Positions 39,572 through 49,369 of a DNA stretch of 64,000 bases are shown here, one piece after another. The DNA comes from Escherichia phage vB_EcoM-Ro157c2YLVW. A program made the position numbers and the translations under genes. Below the pieces are notes generated by a model that saw only the letters and a program-made list of their open reading frames with translations, made no database searches and was not told the DNA's origin. Each line of letters begins with the position of its first letter. Position 1 is the first letter of the stretch. The stretch lies in the sequence record NC_050153.1; one strand, given 5' to 3'.

Positions 39572-40469
39572 GCACTGGAAAAACATTACTATTTATAAAC
39601 TTTCTCGTGAGGCGGATCTGACCGACTTAGAAGATAAAAAGAAAATGATCCTTTTCACGCCATGCGGTAGTCAGGATATGGCCAAGTTCGGTTTTGTATC
39701 GCCATTTGGTGATAATTCTGAAGTTATCGCTATGCATGGAAATGGTTTTATCCTTGTTGAAGCAAAGCGCGAAACAAAAATTCTTCCCCCGCCGGTTATC
39801 CAGCGAGCTATTCAAGAAAAAATTGAAAAACTTGAGCAAGAACAAGCGCGTAAACTGAAGAAAACAGAGAAGGACTCCCTGAAAGACGAAGTTCTGCATT
39901 CTCTTCTGCCACGGGCTTTTTCAAAGTTTTCTGTTATCCAGGCGATCTACGACGGTTCAACTAAACGTATCTATATCAATGCCAGCGCGCGGCAGGCAGA
40001 GGATATGCTCGCGCTTATGCGTAAGTCTCTGGGTTCTCTTCCTGCTGTTCCCCTGAGTGTTGAAAATCCCATTGAATTAACGCTGACCGACTGGGTACGT
40101 GATGGTAGTGCTCCACAGGGATTTCAAATGGGGGATGCGGCAGAACTTAAGGCAGTGCTTGAGGATGGCGGTATTGCCCGAGTGAAAAAGCAGGATTTGG
40201 GAAGCGATGAAATTTCCACACACCTGGAAGCTGGCAAGCTCGTCACTAAGTTGGCACTCGACTGGCAGAACCGCATTAAATTTACACTGGACCATAACTT
40301 CAGCCTTACCAGCGTCAAATTTGCGGATGAATTGCTTGAGCAGAACTCTGATATTGATAGTGAAGATGTTGCGCAGCGACTGGACGCAGATTTCTTCCTG
40401 TTGACCAGTGAAATTTCGTGCCTGGTTGATGCTCTGGTAAATGCCCTTGGCGGAGAGGCTAAGCAGTGA
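39564..40469 (+). CDS. rdgC: recombination-associated protein RdgC homologue
   Basis: N-terminus and most of the length near-collinear with E. coli RdgC as recalled (...[11 protein letters not shown]...RKSLGSLP...[10 protein letters not shown]...DLRQNEDID...); start at internal ATG 39564 (track ORF 39450 over-extended). Confidence 0.8.
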   Translation: MFKHWKNITIYKLSREADLTDLEDKKKMILFTPCGSQDMAKFGFVSPFGDNSEVIAMHGNGFILVEAKRETKILPPPVIQRAIQEKIEKLEQEQARKLKKTEKDSLKDEVLHSLLPRAFSKFSVIQAIYDGSTKRIYINASARQAEDMLALMRKSLGSLPAVPLSVENPIELTLTDWVRDGSAPQGFQMGDAAELKAVLEDGGIARVKKQDLGSDEISTHLEAGKLVTKLALDWQNRIKFTLDHNFSLTSVKFADELLEQNSDIDSEDVAQRLDADFFLLTSEISCLVDALVNALGGEAKQ

Positions 40470-43400
40470 AAGAGCTGTGCTATGGATCTGTTTGCAGTGG
40501 AATTGAAGCCGCGAGTATTGCCTGGGAACCGTTGGGTATGCGTCCGGCGTGGTTTGCTGAAATCGAGCCTTTTCCATCGGCCGTTCTTGCGCTCCGCTGG
40601 CCCCATGTTGCCAACCTTGGCGACATGAAAAAACTTGCCAAAAAAGTCTTGGCTGGGGAAATCGAATCCCCTGACGTGCTCGTCGGGGGAACACCATGTT
40701 TTACCGCGGGGCATATGGTTCTTTGTAAAAATGGCTATAAACCAATAGAAAATGTTTGCCCTGGTGATTACGTAGTCAGTCATCTCGGGCGGTTACAACA
40801 AGTAAAAAGAGTTGGTTCAAAAATAGCTAATACGGGGTTACTTAATGCCGTTGGGCAGCCTTTAGGTATAAGAACAACCAATGACCATCCCTTCCTGGCT
40901 GTTCGGTGGAAAGCCCAAAACACCCGGAAAAATGGCACATATTTTAAGAGAGAGTTGTTGTCTGAACCGGAATGGCGAGCAGCATGTGATATGCCGGGAT
41001 ATCAATGGTGCGCTCTAACTAATTTCAATATTGCATTTCCAGATATTTGTTCTCGGTTCTTGTCTGAAGAACAGGCTATGTATCTTGCGGGCGCTTATGT
41101 TGGCGATGGATATATTAGGAGATGGAGAGGTAAATCTAAGAAGGCGGTTGTTTTTGGCATAAATTGCCAGAAATTGAGAAAGTTTCATTGCCGCATACCA
41201 GAAAACATATTTTCCGTGGCAAGCGAAATCCGAGGGAGCATCAAAGTAACCTTGAATGATACGTGTTATGCCAATTGGCTTAATGAACATTTTGGCGAGT
41301 TAAGCCATGCTAAGCGTATCCCTGCATGGGTGATGTCGCATCCATTGCGTCATGTGTTTTTACAAGGCTATCTTGATACTGATGGGACACCAAGTGGTAA
41401 AGCGGGATTTAGAATTAATAGTGTTAGTTCTGCGCTTGCTTGGGGCGTTGCGGGGTTGTCACAGACTTGTGGTTATGTTTCTTCGGTCAGCTTTATTGAA
41501 GTTGAGCCCAAAAAAGTGATCGAGGATCGCGTGGTAAATCAACGGAATTATTATCAGGTAACAATCTGCCCGCAGAAATTGTCACGTAAATCAAGATTGG
41601 CTCATGGAATGCTTTTACGAACAGTCAAAGAGTTTAAATCGGTAGGCCTAGATACTGTATACAACATAGAAGTCGAAGGTGATCATTCCTATATCCTCAA
41701 TGGTGCGGTGGTCCATAACTGTCAGGCATTCAGTATCGCGGGATTACGTGGTGGGCTTGATGATGAGCGTGGCGCGCTAACTTTAAAGTATGTGGAGCTT
41801 GCAAATGCAATTGACGACAAACGGGCTGAGTCATTTCTCAAACCAGCCGTTATCGTCTGGGAAAATGTCCCAGGAGTCTTGTCATCGGCAGATAACGCCT
41901 TCGGATGTTTCCTTGCCGGATTGGCTGGAGAAGATGTGCCATTTGAACCAGGTGATCGACCTGAATCAGGAAAAAGCAACGCGTTCTGGCGGTGGGATGG
42001 CAAAACCGGTTGCCATGTTCCAAAGTGGCCGCAGTGTGGTTGTATTTATGGACCGCAGCGAAAAGTGGCCTGGAGAATCCTTGATGCCCAATACTTCGGA
42101 GTGGCACAACGACGCCGACGCGTGTTTGTTGTCGCAAGTGCTCGAACAGATCTCGATCCCGCAACGGTACTTTTTGAGTTCGAAGGCGTGCGCCGGAATA
42201 TTGCGCCGAGCCGAAAAAAGAAGGAAATCGCTTCCGCCATTATTGCAAATGGCGCTGCAATCAGTGGCGAAAGCCTAAATCCATGCCTACACGCTGACAT
42301 GCCACCCGGTATGAAATCGACGAAAGCCGTAAACGCTTTCAGGATGGCAGCATTTGGGGAATATATTGACGATGAAACCGCATCGACAGTAAAGGCAAGA
42401 GATTTTAAAGATGCCACTGACCTTGCCGTTTTTAGCAGCACAGGAGCAGGTTTTTGGTCAGAAGGGCATGGTACATTGCGGGCACGTGAGCAAGAAAGCC
42501 ATGAGCATCTTGTTACATTGGCTTTTCCTGAGCGTATGAGCGGTACACAACATGCTGCAACTAAGAATACTTCACCATCTCTAATGGCTAAAAATCCAAC
42601 AGCTGTTTGCTATGAAGTAAGAAACGCAGAAGTAGCTGTCCGCCGTCTTACCCCTGTCGAATGTGAAAGGCTGCAAGGTTTTCCTGAGGGGCATACGTTG
42701 ATCCCGACGGAAAAGCGTAAAAAAGTTTCTTCAGATGAACTGGCATACCTTCGCAATCACTATCCAGATTTAAGCGAAGAAGAGGCCGCGATGCTTGCAG
42801 CTGACGGACCGCGTTACAAAGCGATCGGCAATAGTATGGCAATACCAGTAATGCGCTGGATTGGCGATCGGATTACTAAGGCCGTATGTCGGCAGAAAGA
42901 AGGAAGTGAAACAAAAGAGCGAAAAGTTAAACCAGCGGCAGAATTCGAACGGTCCATATTCAAATGGGCTGGTGGAAAATTTGGTGTTCTGGAACAAATC
43001 TTTCGCTATTTGCCAGAAGGGAAGCGCCTGATTGAACCTTTCGTTGGTGGCGGAGCTGTCTTCATGAATGCCGGATACCAGGAAAATCTGCTAAATGATG
43101 TGAATGCTGACCTGATTAACTTTTACAAGACTCTGCAACGCGAGGCGCATTCACTTATCACTCTGGCACATCGTTTCTTCCAGGACTACAACACACAGGA
43201 AGGATACCTGGCAGTACGGAATGCGTTTAACAAACAAGTCTATGATGATTTACATCGCGCAGCGGCGTTTTTGTTCCTGAACCGACATTGTTTTAACGGA
43301 TTGACGCGTTACAACCAGGCCGGTGAGTTCAATGTCGGTTATGGGAAGTATAAAACTCCGTATTTCCCATTACAGGAGATGGAAGCCTTCCTCGGTGCGG

Positions 43401-43753
43401 AAGGGCGGTCTGAGTTTGTATGCGGTGATTTTGCAGCGGTGATTGAAGCTGCCGGAGAAGGAGATGTCATCTTTTGCGATCCGCCGTATGAACCGCTTCC
43501 AAATACAGAGGGATTCACGAACTATTCCGGTCATGACTTTAAGTTTGAAGAGCAAAAACGCCTGGTGTCTCTGTTGACGGATGCTCATCGTCGAGGTGCA
43601 AAGGTTCTCATTACTAACAGTGGCGCGCCAAACATCAGAGAGCTTTATCATGACAGTGGCTTCAGAGTGGAACCTCTTTTTGCCAGACGTTCTGTGTCTT
43701 GTAAGGGGGACACTCGAGGTGTAGCTCATGACGTTTTGGGTATATTGCTCTAA
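40466..43753 (+). CDS. dmt: bifunctional DNA methyltransferase: N-terminal C5-cytosine MTase (intein-interrupted) fused to C-terminal Dam-like N6-adenine MTase
   Basis: C5 motifs: motif IV GGTP|CQAFS (split by intein), ENV (VIVWENVPG), [13 protein letters not shown]; Dam domain from ~42945 with KWAGGK and DPPY motifs. Confidence 0.85.
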   Translation: MKELCYGSVCSGIEAASIAWEPLGMRPAWFAEIEPFPSAVLALRWPHVANLGDMKKLAKKVLAGEIESPDVLVGGTPCFTAGHMVLCKNGYKPIENVCPGDYVVSHLGRLQQVKRVGSKIANTGLLNAVGQPLGIRTTNDHPFLAVRWKAQNTRKNGTYFKRELLSEPEWRAACDMPGYQWCALTNFNIAFPDICSRFLSEEQAMYLAGAYVGDGYIRRWRGKSKKAVVFGINCQKLRKFHCRIPENIFSVASEIRGSIKVTLNDTCYANWLNEHFGELSHAKRIPAWVMSHPLRHVFLQGYLDTDGTPSGKAGFRINSVSSALAWGVAGLSQTCGYVSSVSFIEVEPKKVIEDRVVNQRNYYQVTICPQKLSRKSRLAHGMLLRTVKEFKSVGLDTVYNIEVEGDHSYILNGAVVHNCQAFSIAGLRGGLDDERGALTLKYVELANAIDDKRAESFLKPAVIVWENVPGVLSSADNAFGCFLAGLAGEDVPFEPGDRPESGKSNAFWRWDGKTGCHVPKWPQCGCIYGPQRKVAWRILDAQYFGVAQRRRRVFVVASARTDLDPATVLFEFEGVRRNIAPSRKKKEIASAIIANGAAISGESLNPCLHADMPPGMKSTKAVNAFRMAAFGEYIDDETASTVKARDFKDATDLAVFSSTGAGFWSEGHGTLRAREQESHEHLVTLAFPERMSGTQHAATKNTSPSLMAKNPTAVCYEVRNAEVAVRRLTPVECERLQGFPEGHTLIPTEKRKKVSSDELAYLRNHYPDLSEEEAAMLAADGPRYKAIGNSMAIPVMRWIGDRITKAVCRQKEGSETKERKVKPAAEFERSIFKWAGGKFGVLEQIFRYLPEGKRLIEPFVGGGAVFMNAGYQENLLNDVNADLINFYKTLQREAHSLITLAHRFFQDYNTQEGYLAVRNAFNKQVYDDLHRAAAFLFLNRHCFNGLTRYNQAGEFNVGYGKYKTPYFPLQEMEAFLGAEGRSEFVCGDFAAVIEAAGEGDVIFCDPPYEPLPNTEGFTNYSGHDFKFEEQKRLVSLLTDAHRRGAKVLITNSGAPNIRELYHDSGFRVEPLFARRSVSCKGDTRGVAHDVLGILL
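40697..41719 (+). mobile_element. intein (341 aa) with LAGLIDADG homing-endonuclease domain, inserted at the catalytic Cys of the C5-MTase
   Basis: Begins with Cys (CFTAGHMV...), block [17 protein letters not shown] motifs [11 protein letters not shown] and [11 protein letters not shown], terminal ...NGAVVHN followed by Cys+1; excision restores GGTPCQAFS. Confidence 0.85.
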
Positions 43754-43760
43754 TAAATTT
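43744..43760 (+). promoter_or_regulatory. repressor operator (perfect ATTGCTCTAATAAATTT) overlapping the dmt stop codon
   Basis: Perfect 17-mer; downstream TGTAAT -10-like hexamer; heads the tRNA-plp-ban operon. Confidence 0.6.
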
Positions 43761-44425
43761 ATTAGTGTAATATCACCTCAATGAATCGTGATTTATAGAG
43801 CGATTTAGCTGTTAGCCGCGACAGGCGCGGCGGTAAGCATGGCTGGGCCTAGTCCTCCCAGACAAACCACCGAGTTGCCAGGTTGACCATGCGCCTAAGT
43901 GGCAACGCCGAAGTGCGTTACGAGCGTCCAGTTTGCCCATCTTCGGGTGGGCGTTTTTTTCAGGGTTTTCGTCATGGTTAGCGACTTTGCGGCGGTTTAG
44001 AAACTGACCATTAAAGTAAATGCAAACGATGATCTGATGATGGTAGCGGCCTAAGAAGCCAGATGCCATGGGGTATGAGTCGTCCCCCGTCAAAAAATCG
44101 ACCGCAGAGTGTCCCCGTCTGTGTATTAGGGAACGGGGAGGCACAACAGGTAAGGGCGCTGGTGTGATTAACCAGATGAACGAGAAGGGGCCATCTGTTG
44201 GTCAGCGTCCTTTCCTGTTGCGTTTTCTTTTCAGCGTAACAGCGGTGCTTAACAGCACTTTGGGTACAGTTCCACGAATTTACGGGTATATCCCGTCATG
44301 CTGAAGGCGCTAATCACGCTGGAAGCCAGGGTTATGCATCCCCTGTTACCGAATTGCAGCCAGGGCGCGGTGCGCCGAAAAGCATACGGAGGTGGAAGCC
44401 CTCGCCGGAGACGTACCCGGCAAGT

Positions 44426-44500
44426 GATGGTGTAGCTCAGCGGTAGAGCAGTTGGCTGTTAACCAACTGGTCGGTAGTTCGAATCCACCCACCATCGCCA
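44426..44500 (+). tRNA. tRNA-Asn (anticodon GTT)
   Basis: Cloverleaf: acceptor GATGGTG/CACCATC, D-arm GCTCAGCGGTAGAGC, anticodon loop CTGTTAA, T-loop TTCGAAT, encoded CCA. Confidence 0.75.
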
Positions 44501-44505
44501 CTTTA

Positions 44506-44592
44506 GGGGAGTTAGTCCGTAGGGGTAGCGGGGTAGACTGTAAATCTACTGTCATTGCGACTCGGGTGGTTCGACTCCATCACTCCCCACCA
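44506..44592 (+). tRNA. class II tRNA-like gene with GTA anticodon (tRNA-Tyr-like), atypical D-arm
   Basis: Acceptor GGGGAGT/ACTCCCC, anticodon stem-loop GTAGA-CTGTAAA-TCTAC, long variable arm hairpin, T-loop TTCGACT, encoded CCA; D-stem only 3 bp with 4-nt spacer. Confidence 0.55.
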
Positions 44593-44596
44593 CATT

Positions 44597-44672
44597 GCCG
44601 ATTTAGCTCAGTTGGTAGAGCAGTCGCTTTGTAAGCGAATGGTCAGCGGTTCGATCCCGTTAATCGGCACCA
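44597..44672 (+). tRNA. tRNA-Thr (anticodon TGT)
   Basis: Acceptor GCCGATT/AATCGGC, D-arm GCTCAGTTGGTAGAGC, anticodon loop TTTGTAA, T-loop TTCGATC, encoded CCA. Confidence 0.75.
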
Positions 44673-45532
44673 ACATAACAGGTAAGAGCATTCTCCCTTA
44701 TGGGGCCTGGCTTAAATGCATCGAGTGCTCTTACCGTTGTGATGAAGTGCAGATCTTAGAAGCAACCAGAAGATAAGCATCTGGCTTCACAACATAAACC
44801 GCAGGAACGACCAATAAACGGTAGTCCGTATGGAGAACACCCCGTTGAGGAAGAGGCCTGGCCGGAACCGTAACCGGCGACTGGTAATGTGTGTAAATGG
44901 AGCGAAATATGTGGGCGTTTAACGGGATACGGGTTGTAACAGCGATTATTAACGGCGAACTTAAGTATTCACGTTTCGAGACAAATGAACGTGATGGGAA
45001 ATGTATTGGTGTGCGGTTAGTAAGAGAATACGCATAACAACTACAACGTTGAGAACACTGGCGTAACGGGGTCATATCCCAATCTACGAATAAATGTTGC
45101 GTTGCCGCGTGACAACCAGTGTTCTCAACATTGTGGTGAATGCACAGGCTGATGTGCCGCAACTACAGTAGTGCGCGCTTTGCGGGGCTTGCTACAACCC
45201 TGTGTCGGAGTTCAGCACCGACCATCACAGTTTGATTCTCTGGCATGAGCATAACGCTGAAATAAGTCCAGTCTGGTGCGGTCTGATCACCCGCCGTTAG
45301 CTCCACGAAACGGAGCACGTAACAGGTAAGAGCATTCTCCTGTAACAATCTACAGGTCCACCAAGAATGCTCTTTCCGTTGCGGTGAATGCGGCTAAGCG
45401 CACGCGGGGAAATGGTTATATCTGTCCATTATTTCTCCTTGTTTCCACGTCCACGGTGGATAACCAGCCAAAGGACACCGGGAGGAACCCGGCACCGCAG
45501 CTTTTTTATTCGTTAAATAATGGAGTGAGAGG

Positions 45533-45769
45533 ATGCAGAACAATCCGAACAAATGTCGAACGCTATGGGTGCGGTTATATATTTATGCCGTCCTCTGTTT
45601 GATTGTGTCACTGGTTCTGTATGTTTGGCTTTTGCCAAATATGATCTCATCTAACAGCACAATACTTGTATTGTTGGGAGTCCTTCTCGCGCTCATTTAC
45701 CCGGCTTTCGCAGTAGTCTTTTTTCGTGAAAAAACCAGGAAATTAATTAATGAAAAAAACGTTGATTAG
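45533..45769 (+). CDS. small membrane protein (two TM helices)
   Basis: 78-aa ORF upstream of and overlapping the SPFH lipoprotein gene. Confidence 0.5.
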   Translation: MQNNPNKCRTLWVRLYIYAVLCLIVSLVLYVWLLPNMISSNSTILVLLGVLLALIYPAFAVVFFREKTRKLINEKNVD

Positions 45770-46577
45770 TGCAGCGATTATTTTGGGTTCTTTATGTCTG
45801 ACCGGATGCGATCGGGTAGAGCCAGGTAACGTAGGGATCAAAGTAAATAAGCTGGGGGATGATAAAGGTATCGGTGAAGTAGTTGGCGTTGGTCGCTACT
45901 GGACAGGCTTGAATACTGAAGTTTATATCTTCCCGACCTTTAAGCAAATGAAGACATACGATGAGCCGTTCAGCTTCCAGATGAGCGACGGAACAACCAT
46001 TGGTTACCACATCGGCGTAGCCTACAAGGTTGATCCAGCAAAAGTCACAACGGTATTTCAGACCTATCGCAAAGGTGTAGATGATATTACTGATACCGAT
46101 CTACGCCAGAAGGTTGCAGATGCTCTGAACCGATTAGCCAGCAAAATGACCACCGACAAATTTATCGACGGTGGCAAATCTGAATTGCTTGATGCAGCCC
46201 TTAAAGACATTCAGGAAGAAATGACGCCAATCGGCATTCAGGTGATGAGCCTCTCTTATGTAGGTAAGCCAGAATACCCGCCAACAGTTATTGACAGTAT
46301 TAACGCCAAAGTCACGGCAAACCAAAAAACCCTGCAACGCGAGCAAGAGGTCAAACAACGTGAAGCAGAGGCCAACATGCTGCGCGCGGAAGCTGCCGGA
46401 CAGGCTGATGCTATTCGCACAAAAGCCCAGGCCGAAGCTGATGCCATTCGTTTACGTGGTGAAGCTCTGCGCCAGAACCCCGGTGTTATGGACTTGGAAG
46501 CGATCAACAAATGGAACGGTACATTACCGCAGTATATGACCAGTAATACCGCTGTTCCGTTTGTTCCGGTGAAATAA
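45750..46577 (+). CDS. SPFH/band-7 (prohibitin-like) domain lipoprotein
   Basis: Lipobox LCLTGC after signal peptide MKKTLISAAIILGS; SPFH-like core followed by Ala/Gln/Glu-rich coiled coil. Confidence 0.65.
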   Translation: MKKTLISAAIILGSLCLTGCDRVEPGNVGIKVNKLGDDKGIGEVVGVGRYWTGLNTEVYIFPTFKQMKTYDEPFSFQMSDGTTIGYHIGVAYKVDPAKVTTVFQTYRKGVDDITDTDLRQKVADALNRLASKMTTDKFIDGGKSELLDAALKDIQEEMTPIGIQVMSLSYVGKPEYPPTVIDSINAKVTANQKTLQREQEVKQREAEANMLRAEAAGQADAIRTKAQAEADAIRLRGEALRQNPGVMDLEAINKWNGTLPQYMTSNTAVPFVPVK

Positions 46578-46604
46578 AAGCGTAAGCAAAATTGGCAGTA
46601 ATCC

Positions 46605-46680
46605 GGCCCTTTAGCTCAGTGGTTAGAGCTGGCGACTCATAATCGCACGGTCACCGGTTCAAGTCCGGTAGGGGCCACCA
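46605..46680 (+). tRNA. tRNA with CAT anticodon, Ile2 (lysidine)-type by resemblance to E. coli ileX; elongator Met not excluded
   Basis: Acceptor GGCCCTT/AGGGGCC, D-arm GCTCAGTGGTTAGAGC, anticodon arm GGCGACTCATAATCGC, T-loop TTCAAGT, encoded CCA. Confidence 0.7.
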
Positions 46681-46916
46681 TATTTGGTTGTAACACGGCG
46701 TCTGGCACATGCGTCGTTAGCGGTCTGGTGACGTTAAAGGGGTAACCTTTCCCCTAGCTCAGGCAACAAACCAGGTAGCCGGAATGTGCAAGCCCCGTTC
46801 ATAGCGTCGGACTGCGGATTCACCATCCTGGCGATTCGGTGTGACAGCCGGGAAGAGTCCGGCGCATTAATCCTGATTTTCTGGTGATGACTCATATCGT
46901 TAGGAGTGATTTGAGT

Positions 46917-46961
46917 ATGCCGATTATATCTGACATTCAGCACGCCTGGGTGGAGTGCTAA
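46917..46961 (+). CDS. 14-codon leader ORF (MPIISDIQHAWVEC) coupled to ban
   Basis: AGGAG RBS 9 nt upstream of the ATG; stop TAA overlaps the ban ATG (TAATG). Confidence 0.25.
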   Translation: MPIISDIQHAWVEC

Positions 46962-48325
46962 TGTCTGCATCCCCTCTTGAATCCATGCCAAATTCCCTTA
47001 GTGCAGAACAAGCTGTACTTGGTGGCTTAATGCTTGATAACTGCCGCTGGGATGAAGTTGCAGATCGTATAGTTGCTGATGATTTTTATACCAGTGCTCA
47101 TCGTGAAATTTTCAGTGAGATGGAGAGGTTATTAAGTCATGGCAAACCGATTGATTTGATAACACTTGCTGAAGCACTTGAACAGAACGGTAAATTAGAA
47201 CGCGCCGGTGGTTTTGCGTACCTTGCGGAGATGTCAAAGAACACGCCCAGCGCGGCAAATATTTGTGCTTATGCGGATATCGTTCGTGAACGCGCGGTTG
47301 TTCGTGAAATGATTTCCGTCGCAAATGAAATAGCTGAAGCTGGATATGCGCAGGATGGCAGGGGCAGCAATGAATTGCTGGATATGGCCGAGCGCCGCGT
47401 TTTTGAAATAGCTGAAAAACGACAAAAGAGCGGTAGTGGTCCAAAAGATATCGCCAGCATTCTCGATGCAACGGTATCTCGCATAGAAGAGTTGTTTCAG
47501 CGACCGCATGATGGTGTAACGGGGCTTGATACCGGATTTACCGATCTCAATAAGAAGACGGCAGGACTTCAGGCGTCCGATCTCATTATTGTCGCCGCCC
47601 GCCCATCGATGGGGAAGACTACGTTTGCGATGAATCTCGTCGAAAATGCCGCAGTCCGTAACGATAAGCCCGTATTGGTTTTTAGCCTTGAGATGCCGAG
47701 CCACCAACTGATGATGCGCTCACTGGCTTCTCTTGCACGCGTTGATCAGACTCGTATTCGAACAGGGCAACTTAACGACGAGGATTGGGCGCGGGTTTCT
47801 GGCGCAATGGGGATTCTGTTGGACAAGCAGAATATTTTTATTGATGACTCAAGCGCCCTGACACCTACAGAGCTTCGTTCCCGCGCTCGTCGTGTTTATA
47901 AAGAAAATGGTGGTTTGAGCATGATTATGATCGACTACCTGCAACTTATGCGCGTCCCCGAGCTGCAAGATAACCGAACGCTGGAAATTGCCGAGATTTC
48001 TCGCTCACTGAAGGCTTTGGCGAAGGAATTACAAGTACCGGTGGTGGCATTGTCACAACTTAATCGATCGCTTGAACAGCGTGCGGACAAACGACCGGTA
48101 AATTCAGATTTACGTGAATCAGGAGCAATTGAGCAGGACGCAGACCTGATTATGTTTCTGTATCGCGACGAAGTTTATCACCCGGATAGCGAAATGAAGG
48201 GCATTGCCGAGGTAATTATCGGAAAGCAACGAAATGGCCCAATTGGCACGGTGAGATTGGCTTTTAACGGCCAATACTCACGGTTTGATAACTATGCCGG
48301 TGCTGACTGGCAAGAGGATTATTAA
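46961..48325 (+). CDS. ban: replicative DNA helicase, DnaB family (Ban-like)
   Basis: Near-collinear with E. coli DnaB as recalled (Walker A ARPSMGKTTFAMN, ...LSQLNRSLEQRADKRP..., ...IIGKQRNGPIGTV...); GGAG RBS before ATG 46961. Confidence 0.9.
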   Translation: MSASPLESMPNSLSAEQAVLGGLMLDNCRWDEVADRIVADDFYTSAHREIFSEMERLLSHGKPIDLITLAEALEQNGKLERAGGFAYLAEMSKNTPSAANICAYADIVRERAVVREMISVANEIAEAGYAQDGRGSNELLDMAERRVFEIAEKRQKSGSGPKDIASILDATVSRIEELFQRPHDGVTGLDTGFTDLNKKTAGLQASDLIIVAARPSMGKTTFAMNLVENAAVRNDKPVLVFSLEMPSHQLMMRSLASLARVDQTRIRTGQLNDEDWARVSGAMGILLDKQNIFIDDSSALTPTELRSRARRVYKENGGLSMIMIDYLQLMRVPELQDNRTLEIAEISRSLKALAKELQVPVVALSQLNRSLEQRADKRPVNSDLRESGAIEQDADLIMFLYRDEVYHPDSEMKGIAEVIIGKQRNGPIGTVRLAFNGQYSRFDNYAGADWQEDY

Positions 48326-48348
48326 TGCAATGGAATGAGGAAAAGCCG

Positions 48349-49323
48349 ATGAACATCCTGATCATTGGGCGAAAATTTGCAGCCATCAGTGATGTGAAAA
48401 CATATACGGAAATGTGGTCTTATAACCTGGCCTGCGCCTTTAGTGAGGCAGGGGTAACATTGCAATACCATCGTCCATATTCCCCTGGCGTCGAAAGCCC
48501 CGAGGATTATGTTGAAGCTGTGTTGACTGCTGCGACAGCATGTTCTGCGAAGGCCATTTTGGCACCAGGATTGAGGTATTTTACTACGGTACCCAGGGAA
48601 ATAGGCATGCAACTGTGTCGCCGATTCTCTGGATGGGTAGCCCAGGTATATGACGGTTCTATGCTGGATTCGGCACCAGTCGATATTACTTTTACTGTCC
48701 GCGATGATACCTGGCGGTACCTGGATAATCCCGGTCGGTTAGAACGTCATAATCGCTTTAACAAACATGTTGGATGGGCAGCGAATCAGGAGCTGTTCCA
48801 TCTGGAAACCAAAACGGACGATGTTCTGCGTATTTTTGTAGACCACGCTGCATTTGATGTTAGTGGTTTTGATCACTCCTTAAGTATCCTTATGAACCTT
48901 CAGCGTCTGACCGTTCCGTATGAGGCCAGAACGTTGACTGATGACGGATTGGTTACCATTGATCCGGGGAATATTTCGGTAACTCCATACAGGCGGACGC
49001 CGGTGCCAGCAACCGAATTTGCAGCTGAATTGCGTAAGAGTGACGTTTTTATCGTTACGCATCCCGAAAGCCTTGGATTAACTGTTCTTGAGGCGGCAAT
49101 GTGCGGGGCGTTGGTATTAACGCCTCCCGATTGCCTTCCGCCAGATCGCCTGGCTTTGGTGAACCATATGGTTATCAAGTCGCGGATTGATTGGGATGAG
49201 GTTATTGCTCGCGTTGATCGCGTGAAAAATGCTGAAAAGGTCCAGTGTCACACCTGGTCGGCAATTGCGGAAAAGATGCTTGAGACGTTTATCACGCAGA
49301 AACTGTCGCGCGGTAACGGATAA
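48349..49323 (+). CDS. GT-B-like glycosyltransferase-fold protein downstream of ban
   Basis: Translationally coupled to ban; motif PESLGLTVLEAAMCGALVL resembles the GT4/GT-B E-x7-E signature. Confidence 0.45.
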   Translation: MNILIIGRKFAAISDVKTYTEMWSYNLACAFSEAGVTLQYHRPYSPGVESPEDYVEAVLTAATACSAKAILAPGLRYFTTVPREIGMQLCRRFSGWVAQVYDGSMLDSAPVDITFTVRDDTWRYLDNPGRLERHNRFNKHVGWAANQELFHLETKTDDVLRIFVDHAAFDVSGFDHSLSILMNLQRLTVPYEARTLTDDGLVTIDPGNISVTPYRRTPVPATEFAAELRKSDVFIVTHPESLGLTVLEAAMCGALVLTPPDCLPPDRLALVNHMVIKSRIDWDEVIARVDRVKNAEKVQCHTWSAIAEKMLETFITQKLSRGNG

Positions 49324-49347
49324 AAAATTGAACCCGTCATAACAGAA

Positions 49348-49369
49348 AAGCCCGAACGCCGGGCTTTTC

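Noticed and set aside
43744-43760. Interpretation of the TTGCTCTAATAAAT motif as a phage late promoter
   Set aside because: The motif precedes early, replication and immunity operons rather than the virion operons, and matches my recollection of the P1 C1 repressor operator; late-promoter assignment dropped.
44426-44672. tRNA cluster as a chromosomal integration (att) site
   Set aside because: No integrase or recombinase is nearby, and the element carries its own rep/par system; the tRNAs are cargo within an operator-controlled operon.
43812-45162. ORFs of 60-143 aa (43812-44144, 44068-44304, 44346-44555, 44731-45162) in the tRNA-flanking region
   Set aside because: They overlap tRNA genes or hairpin repeats, lack RBSs and translate to Cys/His/Arg-rich junk; the region is better explained as structured non-coding RNA.
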